A DNA stretch of 64,000 nucleotides from Octopus sinensis (lineage: Eukaryota), in contig NC_042999.1 in the NCBI RefSeq assembly GCF_006345805.1, positions 85,188,001-85,252,000 on the forward strand. The letters are read 5' to 3'. Below are positions 1 to 11,663 of this stretch, one piece after another; position 1 is the stretch's first letter, and each line of letters opens with the position of its first letter. The translations under genes and the position numbers were made by a program. The notes beneath the pieces were generated by a model. It saw nothing but the letters and a program-made list of their open reading frames with translations, searched no databases and was not told where the DNA came from.

Positions 1-35
1 ATATGTATATATAATGTATATATATATATATATGT

Positions 36-70
<35 letters not shown>

Positions 71-96
71 TATATATGTAGGAATATATAAATATA

Positions 97-143
<47 letters not shown>

Positions 144-146
<3 letters not shown>

Positions 147-700
147 CTTCGCTTCGCTGACAAAAATTAGGAAGGCTGTTGTCCACGATGTCTGTACACT
201 CGCTCATGGCTGATAAGGCCGATGTTGGATCGACAATCCGATTGTAAGAATGACAGAGGTATGGTTGTCCGGGATCTCATTATGCAGCAGAAAAATGTGT
301 TTGCCTTTGATGTTTGTCTTCAAGAGAGACACTGCGAGAGATCTCAAAGGAGGAAACCACATCGCTGATGGTATGCAACCCAGTAACACGGTCAGCTTTT
401 AGAGTGGACCACTCACGATAATCAATGTCACAAACGCTAAGGGACTGCTGTAGGCAGTCCTTGTAACGTTTGTTTGGTGCCCCTCCCCCTTGTTGCGGGG
501 GACAGTAGTGAACTCACCGCACATGATGATCTTACGTAGGCGGTGGTCTTTCATCCTGTCAACGTGCCCAACATAATCGTGTCGCAAGTAAAATGGCTTC
601 TAGGCTGGTGATCGCTTGAGGACCTCAGTGTTGGTGATATAGTCGGTCCAGTAGATGATAATGATGGCACGAAGGCAGCGTTGGTGAAACATATATATTT
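144..700 (-). mobile_element. RTE-clade LINE 3' fragment (degenerate)
   Basis: Minus strand reads FHQRCLRAII..WTDYITNTEVL and GHVDRMKDHRLRKIIMCGE, the RTE ORF2 C-terminus; 3' end abuts (TA)n at 1-143. Confidence 0.75.
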
Positions 701-911
701 CTAAGATCGCATACGACAACAGAAGAATATATTAGATTTTGCAAAACTTTATAAGACGTGTTGAAAGTGTCGTTCTTCATTTTCAATACATAAGTTGACT
801 CTTCTAGACATGTTTTGACGTGGTATGGAACGTGTGAAGGTTATGATTGCGTCTTTTAGGATATGCAGGACGTAGAAAATTCCCTGAGGAGAGACATTTT
901 GAACACCCTAT

Positions 912-3900
912 ATATATGAAAAAACAAGTCAGGATAGAAAATGCTAAAATAATTTTATAAAGAACATTTCAGTACCGGTTCCAGTCATTGAGACCTTTTC
1001 AACTGTAACAATTAAATAATTAAATTTAGAAAAATTAAAAGAAAAGTTTTTTTAAAAGAATATTTGTATAGTGTTCAAATATAAGTGGCATTTTCTTTGT
1101 TTCTGCCTTTCACCGTCTCTCTTGTTTACTCTTGTGGGTTCGAGGTCGTTGTGAATTCTTGGTAGGGAAGAAGAAGGAGGAGGAAAAGGAAGTGGAGGGG
1201 AGGAAGGAGACGAAGAATTTGAGAATGTCTTGATTGTAGTATTTTGAATGGTCAGTGGAGGCTAGCAGTGCTGTTCAATTCAGAAAAAAAATTCTATTGA
1301 AGTTTGTTTATAGAATTTGTGTAGGTGTTATACTAAAAAGCTTAGAGATAAAGTTAGGAAGGAAAGGGGAGAAGCGAAGAGAAGAAAAAAGAAGAAGAAG
1401 AAGAAGAAGAAGAAGGGTGAAGAAGAAGAAGAAGAAGAAGAAGAAGAAGAAGAGAAGAAGAAGAAGAGAAGAGAAGAAGAAGAGAAGAAGAAGAAGAAGA
1501 GAAGAAGAAGAGAGAAGAAGAAGAAGAGAGAAGAAGAAGAGAAGAAGGAGATAGAATGAGTGAAAGTAGTGAGGTGTTGGATGACTTAAAGTTGGCACGT
1601 TATAGATTATAGCAGTGATTGGGGCTGATTTTTAATGGATTCTTAGGAATGTAATATTTGCGTGTGTATTCGTGTTATTCTAAGGCCGATGTGGATATAT
1701 CGTTTATCGTAGGCGCATTCAGAAGGGGTCTGTATTTTGTAATAAAGAGAGTTTCTTTACTAATTCGTTGACCCCCGATTATATCGTCCTTGAATTGGTA
1801 GAGGGAAAAAATCCTGAAGCCTGGAGTTCTGTTGTTGTCGCAAATATCTATGTGTTGGCTGAATGCTATTTTTCTGTTTAGGGGAATTTTTATCTGGGAT
1901 CTGTGCAGGGTCATTCTTTTACGTAAACTATTTTTTGTTTGGCCTATGTATTGCTCTTGACACCCAGAGTAGGTTAGTGTGTATATCAGGTTCTCCGAAG
2001 CACATGTAAAGTTGCTTTTCACTGTGAAACGTTGTTCCTGTTTGAAGGAGAACTCTGATCCCTCAATTAGATAATCGCATATCCCACAATTGGGTCTTCC
2101 ACATTTTTTTACTGTCGACTTCTGTGTTGATGAGCGTATTCGGGCTTGTGTTAGGAGACTTTTCATAGATTTGGGTTGTCTCTTGCTTTTTATGATCGTG
2201 TGTGTTCGGAGGATTAAGTTCATTTTGTGGTCCTTTTCTAGCAGGGGTATGTTTTGGAGGATGGTGTCGAAGGCTTCATTGTTGAGAGGGTTGTGTGTGG
2301 AGATGTATGGTAAGGCTTTTGGTCGTAAATTTTTCTTTAATTTGGGATGTCTGAGTTCCTGGATGTTGAGTTGAAGGGCACGTTGAATGCATATGTCAAT
2401 TAGTGAAGATGGGTAGTTCCTGGTGATGAGGGCTTCTTTTAGTTCATGTAGTCGTGTATCTCTGGTGTTTGCATTAGAAACTATAGTACATATCCTTTTT
2501 GCTAGATTGAAGGGGATATTCATTCTTGTGTGTCTGGGGTGGCATGAATTGAATGGTAGATATTGCTTGAAATCCGTAGGCTTATAGTACATATCTGTTT
2601 CTATTACATTATTAGATTTCTTAATGAGGATATCGAGGAAGGGGAGTTGTTGCTGGCTATATTCCATCGTGAATTGGATGTTTACGTCCAGTCCATTTAA
2701 AATTGCTTGGAATTCTTTGAGTTTCTCTATATTTTCATGCCAAAGAATGAAACAGTCATCTAGGTATCTCATCCAGTTGTTTTCTATGTAGAGGGAGAAA
2801 GTGCTGCCATATCTTCTAGAACCTTACGATACAGACTGATTTCTAGATATCCTATGAGTAGGTTGGCAAAGGAGGGGACCATTTGCGTACCCATCGCAGT
2901 CCCCGATTTTTGTCGGTTTAGAAGTTGTCTTTGAAGCGCGAGTAGTAGTAGTTATTTTTGATGCGATGGGGAGTTCGTGGCGTGATTCTCTAGCCAGAAT
3001 TGAATTGCCTCTATTCCTAGGTTGTGGGGATATTGAAATAGAGGTTGACTACATCGAAGGATACTAGTAGGGTGTTTTTTGTTTATTGTTTTAGGCAGGT
3101 GATTGAGCATATCCAGGTCATCCCTTATATAGCTTTTGACATGTTTAAGGAGTGGTTTTAAGAGGGTATCTAAAAAGTTACTGAGGCGGTGGGTTTTGAA
3201 TGTGGGACCTGCTATTATCGGTCTTAATTTGAGGTCATTAGGATTAGGGACTTTAATTATTTTGTCTGTGGCTATCTTGCATGCGATACTTATTTTCTCA
3301 CTTTTGTGTATCTTGGGAATACTGTAGAATTGGCTGGTTTTACTTGTGAAATTGGTCATATAGTCATATTCTTTGTCGGTGAGCCCTTCTTTGTATGGGT
3401 TTAACATGGATTTTAGTTCTCTCATTCTTTGCTGACTGTAGTTTGGGGCCTTTTCATAATATGTTGTGTCTTCCAACATAGATAGTACTAAAGTTATGTA
3501 AAATGTCGTGTCCATTAAAACAACTGCACTCCCTTTACCGGCCTCTTTGATTGTTATTTTTTTTTCATTTTTTAATTTGTTCATCTCAGCGCATTCTTTT
3601 TTGCTGAAGTTTTTTTTGTGTTTTTGTTTGTGCATATGTTGATTTTGGTAATTTGAGATGTGTTCACAGAAATGATCAAGAGTTTTGGTCTTAACTTTTG
3701 AGGGGGTGTAGTTACTCCTATTTCTGACAAATTATTCGTCCTCGTTGTATTTGTCGTATAGCTCCTCAGTAAGTCGTAATTTTTTACAGAATTCTGCGAT
3801 GACTTCTTTCATTTCATTTTAGTTGGGTTGTTGTTGGGTGGGTGTAAACTTGAGTCCTTTCGAGGGTATATTGATTTGGTTTGCTGTTAGTTCATTGTGA

Positions 3901-3980
3901 GTTAGATTGATCATTTTTATCACTTTTGGTTCCTCCTGCCTGTTTGGTGCTATCTTATGTCTCTATGTTTTCGTATTGGG
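912..3980 (-). mobile_element. Penelope-like element 1 (RT plus GIY-YIG endonuclease, frameshifted, 5' truncated)
   Basis: KGLKFTP, LRPIIAGP, AMGT...FANL and RYLDDCFILW RT motifs, followed by CGRPNCGICD and IYTLTYSGCQEQYIGQT (GIY-YIG) in ORF 1675-2772. Confidence 0.92.
1375..1555 (+). repeat. (GAA)n-based polypurine tract inside the 3' UTR of Penelope-like element 1
   Basis: Direct reading. Confidence 0.95.
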
Positions 3981-4445
3981 TCTTAAAATTCCCCCAAAAC
4001 AGAAAAATAGCATTCAGCCAACACATAGATATTTGCACCAACAACAAAACTCCCTCTACCAATTCAGGGACGATAGAACCGGGAGCCAACGAATTAGTAA
4101 AGAAACTCTCTTTATTACAAAATACAGGCCCCTTCTGAACGCGTCTACGACAAACGATACATCCACCTCGGCCTTAGAATAACACAAATACACACGCAAA
4201 AAGTACATTCCTAAGAATCCATTAAAAATCAGCCCCAATCACTGCTATAATGCATAACATGCCAACTTTAAGTCATCCAACACCTCACTACTTTCACTCA
4301 TTCATATTTTCCCTTCTTTTTATTTTTCTTCTTCTTCTTCTCCTACCCCTTCTCCTTCCTTCTCCTACCTAACTTTATCACTAATGCTTTTTAGTATAAC
4401 ACCTATGCAAATCCTATAAACAAACCTTTCAATAGAAATTTTTGA
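3981..4445 (+). mobile_element. Inverted partial copy of the 3' region of Penelope-like element 1
   Basis: Reverse complement of ~1280-1880 (KIAFSQHIDIC...ISKETLFITKYRPLLNA...SALE and downstream UTR). Confidence 0.9.
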
Positions 4446-4879
4446 AAACGGTCCTTAAGTAACAAAACACTTTGATAAACTCAGTAGCGACGACAAACTT
4501 CATGCCACGACATACAGAGAGGATGCTCTTGAAGCCGAGAATTTGAACTTACGGAGACAATATTTACATATCGCCTGAGGAAACACAGCTAGATCTCATA
4601 ATGTAGGGGAACGGTTGCGTAATGAAGTAGATTCACGCCTGCAGGACTTCGTTGTGTACAAACAATTGTAGTGATTGAAAATAAATGTCCGCCATGATTG
4701 ATCGCTAAATCCACAAGTTTTTATATTCTTTCTTGCTGAAAAGCCTAGGTTTGAAATGTAAAAGACTTTCTCACTTTCCTGAGCGTGAAACAAATGCATC
4801 TGCTTGGTGTTCATACACCTGTCTTCGTCTTTTGTTTTATTAATAAATTTCAACTATATACACATTATATATTATATAT

Positions 4880-4925
<46 letters not shown>

Positions 4926-5242
4926 ACACACACATAACACGAACACGCATACACACACACACACCCACACACACACACACACACACATACATTATATTAT
5001 ATATATATATAATAAGATTTAATCAATATAGGGTGCCAAAAAAATTTTGTTGTAGAATTTTTTGCCACCAGCGGCCCTAGTGGGAAAAATTAAATAGTCA
5101 TAGACCATTTTTAAGTTCAACATCAACATCAAGGAACGGCCATAATAGGCCATTCCCCACTAGAAATAACAGCCAAAGCTTCAACCGCAAATAAAAGTCA
5201 ATTCCGTAAACAGGAGAAAATTTAAAAAACATTTACCCTGTA

Positions 5243-5349
5243 ATTTCTTATACGGTGCACCGTTTCGTCTGCTGTTTAATGGTAAACTAACCTGATTAAA
5301 TTAAATCAAGCCAATCTTCCATAGGCCCTCAGATTCTTCAGTAAGAAAT
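5243..5349 (-). ncRNA. Type I hammerhead ribozyme motif (inverted twin of 5656-5761)
   Basis: Reverse complement of the + strand motif with all core nucleotides and stems I and III retained. Confidence 0.75.
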
Positions 5350-5655
5350 AGCCACAAGTCGGAACAGATATTTACACGAGGCATTTCCGACCCTGCCAAG
5401 TTAATATCTGACCTAAAATTTTCAAATCATCGCACTCGCGCCAAATTTATCGGCACCCTATATTGGCACCCTATTTTTGGCACCCTATATTGATTAATTA
5501 TGAATTTTCTGGTTAATTCCGTAATGGAATCGACGGCTTATATTTATTTGCTGCCGATAAATTTGGCGCGAGTGCGATGATTGAAAATTTTAGGTCAGAT
5601 ATTAACTGGCAGGGTCGGAAATGCCTCGTGTAAATATCTGTTCCGACTTGTGGCT

Positions 5656-5761
5656 ATTTCTTACTGAAGAATCTGAGGGCCTATGGAAGATTGGCTTGAT
5701 TTATTTAATCAGGTTAGTTTACCATTAAACAGCAGACGAAACGGTGCACCGTATAAGAAAT
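5656..5761 (+). ncRNA. Type I hammerhead ribozyme motif with long stem II
   Basis: Stem I ATTTCTTA/TAAGAAAT; CTGAAGA (5664-5670); stem II TCTG/CAGA; GAAA (5738-5741); palindromic stem III ACGGTGCACCGT; GTA cleavage triplet at 5751-5753. Confidence 0.75.
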
Positions 5762-6483
5762 TACAGGGTAAATGTTTTTTAAATTTTCTCCTGTTTACGG
5801 AATTGACTGTTTTGCGGTTTTATTTTTTTTTGAAGCTTTGGCTGTTATTTCTAGTGGGTGAATGGCCTATTATGGCCGTTCCTTGATTGTTGATATATAT
5901 ATATATATATATATTTGATCAATGAGAATAGACAGCTCTTTTGAATGAGTTCATGTAGCCATTTTCAGGCTACTTTAAAACTTGAAACTCATATCAGAGT
6001 AAATCACTGTAACCACTACTATTAAGGATATAATAAAAATTATCCGCTCAAAAAAGCCATCTCTACTCATACGTCACAGTTTCAAGAATATTCAGTCATA
6101 TTTCGCAATGACACTACATAAACCACAAGGATACACCATGCAGAATGTCTTAGTTATTTTGAGAAGCCAGAATCCCAGCATGGTAAAAAGCTTATGACTT
6201 TACCCGGGGAATAAGAAAGGAAAATGTTAAAGAAGGGAAAGTTTGTCAGAAATATTCGCATAAAACTCGGTCTCGTTTAAACAACCAAGAAGTACAGTTG
6301 TTGCTGTGCAATACGGGAAGCAGTATCAAAACCCTTTCAGACAATACTTTCATATTTATAATTTACTTTTTGCATTGAATAAATTAGTATTTGCCTTGTA
6401 CAAATTAATGCAATGAAAAGTTAGATTAACACACACACACTTACTTATATTCATATATATATATATTCATATAAATATGTATG

Positions 6484-6553
<70 letters not shown>

Positions 6554-6766
6554 TTATGATTCCCATTCAACTAAACTTTCAAAGAAGTCAGTGCACTATT
6601 TACTGGGCAACGCTGGGTAGCAATCTTGTACTTTATAATTTTAAATTGCAGTAAATCTACATGAATTGCATTAAATTGTCCAAAGAAAATTTCTTATTTT
6701 TTTGTCTGTTTCTGCTATAAGAAATAGTTTGGACTAATTTACTTTTACTTTCATTTTCCACTTAAG

Positions 6767-6793
6767 CACCAACGATGCCACCACCACTTAAAA
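6767..6793 (+). CDS. Candidate 27-nt phase 1-1 micro-exon (xPTMPPPLK), Pro-rich linker before VWA
   Basis: Branch-like ACTAAT (~6732), pyrimidine tract, TAAG acceptor and AAA|GTAAGT donor; length is a multiple of 3 and in frame with the VWA exon. Confidence 0.45.
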
Positions 6794-7181
6794 GTAAGTA
6801 GCGTTTTCCATGCCCATTCGTCTGTTTATCTGTCAAGTTACTTATCGTTTGTTGATCACTATATATGTATCTAAGCTTACTTTGTGCCTCTCATCGATAA
6901 ATTAGAAATTGCTAATTTAAAATTCAATGTACTACTACTACAACTACTACTAATACTACTACTATTGCTACTACTACTACTACAACTACTACTACTACTA
7001 CCACTGCTGCTACATGATACTAATATTAATACTAATAATGATAATAAATGTAGCAATTTGAATTCTATGGAAGGAGATAAATCGATTACAATGGCCAGAG
7101 TTTCTGAGTGAATTATAACGCGTAGTATTTCGAAGTAGCTGCCTCAGTGTAAATTTGTTTTTCTGCTTTGTTTCGGTTAAA

Positions 7182-7264
<83 letters not shown>

Positions 7265-8114
7265 ATATATATATATATATAGGATGGAGGCTTAGCTCTG
7301 TTCTAGTCTGTTGACGTGTTGTTTTGCTTCTTCCGAGAGTTGTTAATTTTTGTCCAATGGAACTGAACCAAAGGCTTTTTTCAATATCGGCAAAGGACTG
7401 AGTGTTTTGCTGCGCTTTCGCTAACGCTTTTACTGCTGTAACTACTTTCATTGTTGTCGCTGCTGTTATTGCTTATTATTAGTACTGGAACTGTCTATTT
7501 CTGTTGCTACTGCTTGTTGCTCCAGTGGCATTGCGCTGGAAATGAATTCTTCTCTCCCACTGGAGATTGTATGGGTTTCTATGACATATCACCTCTGTTG
7601 CTGTTGACGTTGCTGTTCTTAGTGTTGTCGCTACTGCTGTAGCCGTTATTGTTAGTTACTACTACATGTGCATTATTGCGTAGTGGGAAGAGTTGAATTC
7701 AAATGAGGGTTACATTTTCTGCCTTCCTCACCTGTTGCCGGCTGGCAAAGGCGTAGCGCTTTTGAAAAGTTTGGCCACATATGTCAAATAAAAGAAACGG
7801 TTGATAAGTCCCTATAGTTCCGGCGTCGTTCATAACAAGGCAGAACAATAAAATCAATAAAAGTAAATCTCTAACTAGTAAACGACGCAGAAACTCAAGG
7901 AGCACCCAAAATGAGTTCAGACGAAAAACAACAATAATAACGACAACAAAGACAACAGCAACAATAATAGTAATGATAATAGTGGTGATAATAACGGTCA
8001 CCCCGTCAATTTTGACGTTAGAATGTTTGAAGGAAACGTTAAGAAAATAAAGATTAATATTCAGAAGAATTAACACAAAATGTTATAGCATGAAAAGTCA
8101 AATTAAAAGTCAGT

Positions 8115-9930
8115 TGATTCTAGATGCAAAAGTGTCGAGCAGAATAGACTGTTCCGATCAAATAGACAGCGCCTATTTGAGGAAATAGAGGGAGGCCAAC
8201 ACTAGGAACTGTTTCCAGATGCGGAAGAAAGTAAAGAATTTTGAGGAAGGCTGTGAAACACTCCGGCGAGACATAAAGAAAGCGCGGAATGACTAACAAA
8301 GTTGGAAAGACAACTTGTAGCTGTACCAAGACAAAAAGACGTCAGAATTAATCTATATACAGTGAGACAGAAGTTTTAAAAAATAGCAAATTGGAAAGGA
8401 CCAGGCCGGATGGAGTACAAGGCTGTTGGTTGAAGAGCGTTACACTGTTGCATGAAAGGTTCGCTTTGCAACTGGGTGACTACCTGCAGCAAGATCACGT
8501 CCTTGCCTGGATGACAAGTGGACGAACGCTACTATGCCTCAAGGATCCCTTCAAAGGGAAATTGGCATCAAATTTTCGACCCATACCCTGTTTACCACTA
8601 ATGTAGAAGCTTATGACCGGTGTCTTGGAGGAAGAGTTATACAACCATCTGGAAAGTAACTATCTACTTCCAGAAGAACAGAAAGGATGCAGGCCTCAAA
8701 GAAGGCTAAGAAAAGTTCATATATCATAAAATGATATAAACAATGTAAAGAAACTTGACAATATAAAGAAACAATATAAGGAAATTTGACAGAAAATCTA
8801 AGAAGTTGTTGTCGATGTATTAAGCTCACCACCCGAAAGCTGATATCAACTGGCTGCACTTGAAGAGAGATCATGTAGAAGAGGCTTAATTGCAGTGGAA
8901 GAATGTGTACAGATGGAAAGAAAATGTCTAGTATAGTATTTACAAAGAAGAAAAACTACTAAAGGAGTTAATAAGAAACAAGTGATAAAGCGTATGATTG
9001 GAGAAAAGGACAAGAATGAAATCTTAAGAGAGCACGTCAGACAGATCGAAGAGAAACCTCTGCATAGCCATTTTTGGAGCGCCACTGAAGACGTATATAG
9101 AACGAAATCCTGTGCTTTGTAAAAAAACTGGGCAATTAAAAAAGGAAACGGAGAGCATAATCGTAGCAGCCCAAGATCAAGCGATAAAAACAAACAACAT
9201 GAGAAACAAATATATAGGAGAGAATGTGTGGGAAAAATGTAGAGTCTATGGAAGTTGGAAAGAAAAATGTAGAGCCTATTGAAATTGACACATCGTGGAA
9301 GAATGCCCCAAATTGGCACAATATTAGAAATGGAGACACGACCAGTTTGTAAAAGTTTTATATTGGAAACTGTGCCAGAAATAGAGTTTTGAAGTTGGTA
9401 CAATCATCACATGGCACAATCACCGAGTTGAAAGAGTACAGGAGTCGGAGAAATCCAAAGTTTTGTGATACTTTCCTATTCAAACTGACAAGAAGTTAGA
9501 TAATAATAGACCAGATATGACAATTATAGATAAAGAAAAACGAAGTTGTTTACTTATCGCTCCATCATGTCCGTTTCATCCCAGGATCGTAAAGATAGAG
9601 AAAGAAAATAAAGAAAATACAATCCGTTAAAATTTGAAATCGGAAGAATTTGGAACATGCGGAAAATAAAGGTCGTGCCTATGATAATTAGTTTGTTGGG
9701 AACAGTAAGCCAAAATACAGACAAATGGTTGCAGGAGAATGAAATAGAATGCCCGATAGAGCTCCTATAGAAAGTTTGTTAGGAACAACAAGGATTACCA
9801 GAAGTATTCTAAGCACTTGGAAGACTGCTGAAAACTTGTGGATACCTAATGTTATAGGTAGTAACATTCTACCCACATAAATCCCACCAGGAATAAGACC
9901 GAACCTGAGTCAAACGAAAATAATAATAAC
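8115..9930 (+). mobile_element. R4/Dong-clade non-LTR retrotransposon remnant (RT and RLE endonuclease)
   Basis: QNRLF, WKGPGPDGVQGCWLK, GRTLLCLKD, NFRPIPCLPLM, EQKGCR, IVAAQDQAI and RPDMTIIDK motifs, with many stops. Confidence 0.85.
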
Positions 9931-10460
9931 TCATATCGTATGTGAATGTAGCATGCTGACACAAAAAGAATACAAAAGACATGACATTCTCGAGAGAGTA
10001 ATCCATGGAGAGTTATGTAGAATGCTAGGATTTGAACATACTAATAACTGATATGAACATGAACCTAGTAAAGTACTAAAAGGTAAGAGATACAAGATGT
10101 TGAACATTCAGGCTGACAGAGTAATAGAGTCTAGAACGCCTGATTTCGTAGTAGTAGATAAAGAGAATAGAAAGTGCCAGATAATTGACTTTACTGTCCC
10201 AAATAATGAAAATATCAATATGAGAGGTATAGGAAAATAGCAAAGTACCAGGACCTAGCCATTGAATTGCGGAGATAATGGAAAGTGCGGGTAAAATGTA
10301 ACCCAGTGAAGATCTGAACAGATTGATAGAGGAAATAGGCATAAAACCCAGTTTAGTATAGTCCAGGAAACTTAGGAGGGTTCTTGGCATCTAAGGTTAC
10401 TTGTTATAGCCCAATGTTTGGATTTTTTCTCTTCCAACAGTCTAATCTGTTGAGTGCATG
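9931..10460 (+). mobile_element. Second R4/Dong-type 3' fragment (RLE domain) with (AAT)n tail at 10467-10575
   Basis: HIVCECSML..KEYKRHD and SRTPDFVVVDKENRKCQIIDFTVP motifs. Confidence 0.75.
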
Positions 10461-10483
10461 TGATGATAATAATAATAATAATG

Positions 10484-10522
<39 letters not shown>

Positions 10523-10589
10523 TTAATAATAATAATAATAATAGTAATAATAAAAATGATAATAATGATGACAACAATAGTAAATATAT

Positions 10590-10900
10590 TGGAGATCGGT
10601 TTTGGGTAAATAAATGCCCAATACTAATTATGATGAGAGACTGGGCAGTAAACCCAGATGGCATAAAATCATCTAAAGATAATATCATCAGACCGATGTA
10701 GAGATGATTGGAAGTAGTCCTTTTTGCAATGTAGACACACATTTTTGTTTCCCTCACACACCACCAGCTCTGTTCGACCATTGCTCCAAATTGCTCCCCA
10801 GATTATCAAAGAATGATAACCGCCATGTTTCATTGTTGGCTGCAATCTTTTCATGTCAAATTCTTGATTACAGAGAACAAAAATGAGAAAAAAAACTCGC
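10590..10900 (-). mobile_element. Tc1 transposase fragment
   Basis: PTMKHGGYHSLIIWGAIWSNGRTELVVCEG resembles the Tc1 PTVKHGGGSVMVWG segment. Confidence 0.65.
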
Positions 10901-10999
10901 ATAATAATCGACATAGCAAGTCCCGGTGACATAGTAAGACCAAAGAAAAACAAAAGGAGAAAAGGGACCAACTATGACGATTTGAAGTGAGAAATATGC

Positions 11000-11125
11000 A
11001 GGTTATGTGAAATGAAGAGTGGTCGTGATACCAATAGTGACTGGCGCGCTTGGAAGTATCAGTGTCCGATTTCCAGCACGTCTTAAAAAGTTTCGTATAA
11101 ATGTAATAGTAGAACACCTACCGAA
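11000..11125 (+). mobile_element. Short R4-type RLE fragment
   Basis: VVIPIVTGALGSI resembles the VPxVxGALG motif near the R4 ORF end. Confidence 0.45.
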
Positions 11126-11271
11126 ATCACCATTACATATATATCTGTAAGAGTCGTCCGCATGATTGTTGACGCATGATTAGCAAGCAAGTGTCAATTG
11201 ACACTTTCCATCATAGTCAACAAAATTAACTGAGAGTTTTCATTAAATGATAACAAACCTTTCTATCATAG

Positions 11272-11500
11272 GTACAAGGCCTGAAATTGGGTGGGTGAGA
11301 CAGTCGATTGCTGCTGCTACTACAACTACTACTACTAATGGTTTCAAATTTTGGAACAAGGCCAGCAGTTTTGGAGGAGGGGTAAAATCGACTAAATCAA
11401 CCCCAGCAATCAACTGGTACTTATTTTATCGACCCGAAATGATGAAAGGCAAAGTCATTTTAGAGGAATTTGAACTCGGAATGCAAAAGACGGTCGAATA
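11272..11500 (-). mobile_element. tRNA-derived SINE family 1 (partial)
   Basis: Shares ACTGGTACTTATTTTATCGACCCGAAA.GATGAAAGGCAAAGTC...GGAATTTGAACTC (B box on minus strand) with 63411-63633. Confidence 0.7.
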
Positions 11501-11663
11501 AAAGAATTGCTTCTAACGAAGGTGCAATGCCTAAAATATGGTTGAAGGGAATAGTTGCTTAATACATGATTAGTACTTTATCACATCGAATCTAGGAGGT
11601 TGAAAGACAAGCTATACCTCAGTAAGATTTCAACGTAGAAGACAATGGACACTCAGTGAAATA

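Larger units (their letters stand above)
5020..5893. mobile_element. Fold-back non-coding element with two inverted hammerhead-bearing arms
   Basis: Arms ~5122-5456 and ~5548-5893 are near-perfect reverse complements; flanked by (TA)n; related copy at 50471-51087. Confidence 0.8.

Noticed and set aside
705-910. Possible mariner/Tc1 end (TTTTGAACACCCTA)
   Set aside because: Only one putative terminus and no transposase motif.
1255-1598. Poly-Lys/Arg/Glu/Leu ORFs
   Set aside because: Translations of the (GAA)n tract in a transposon UTR; no splice or domain support.
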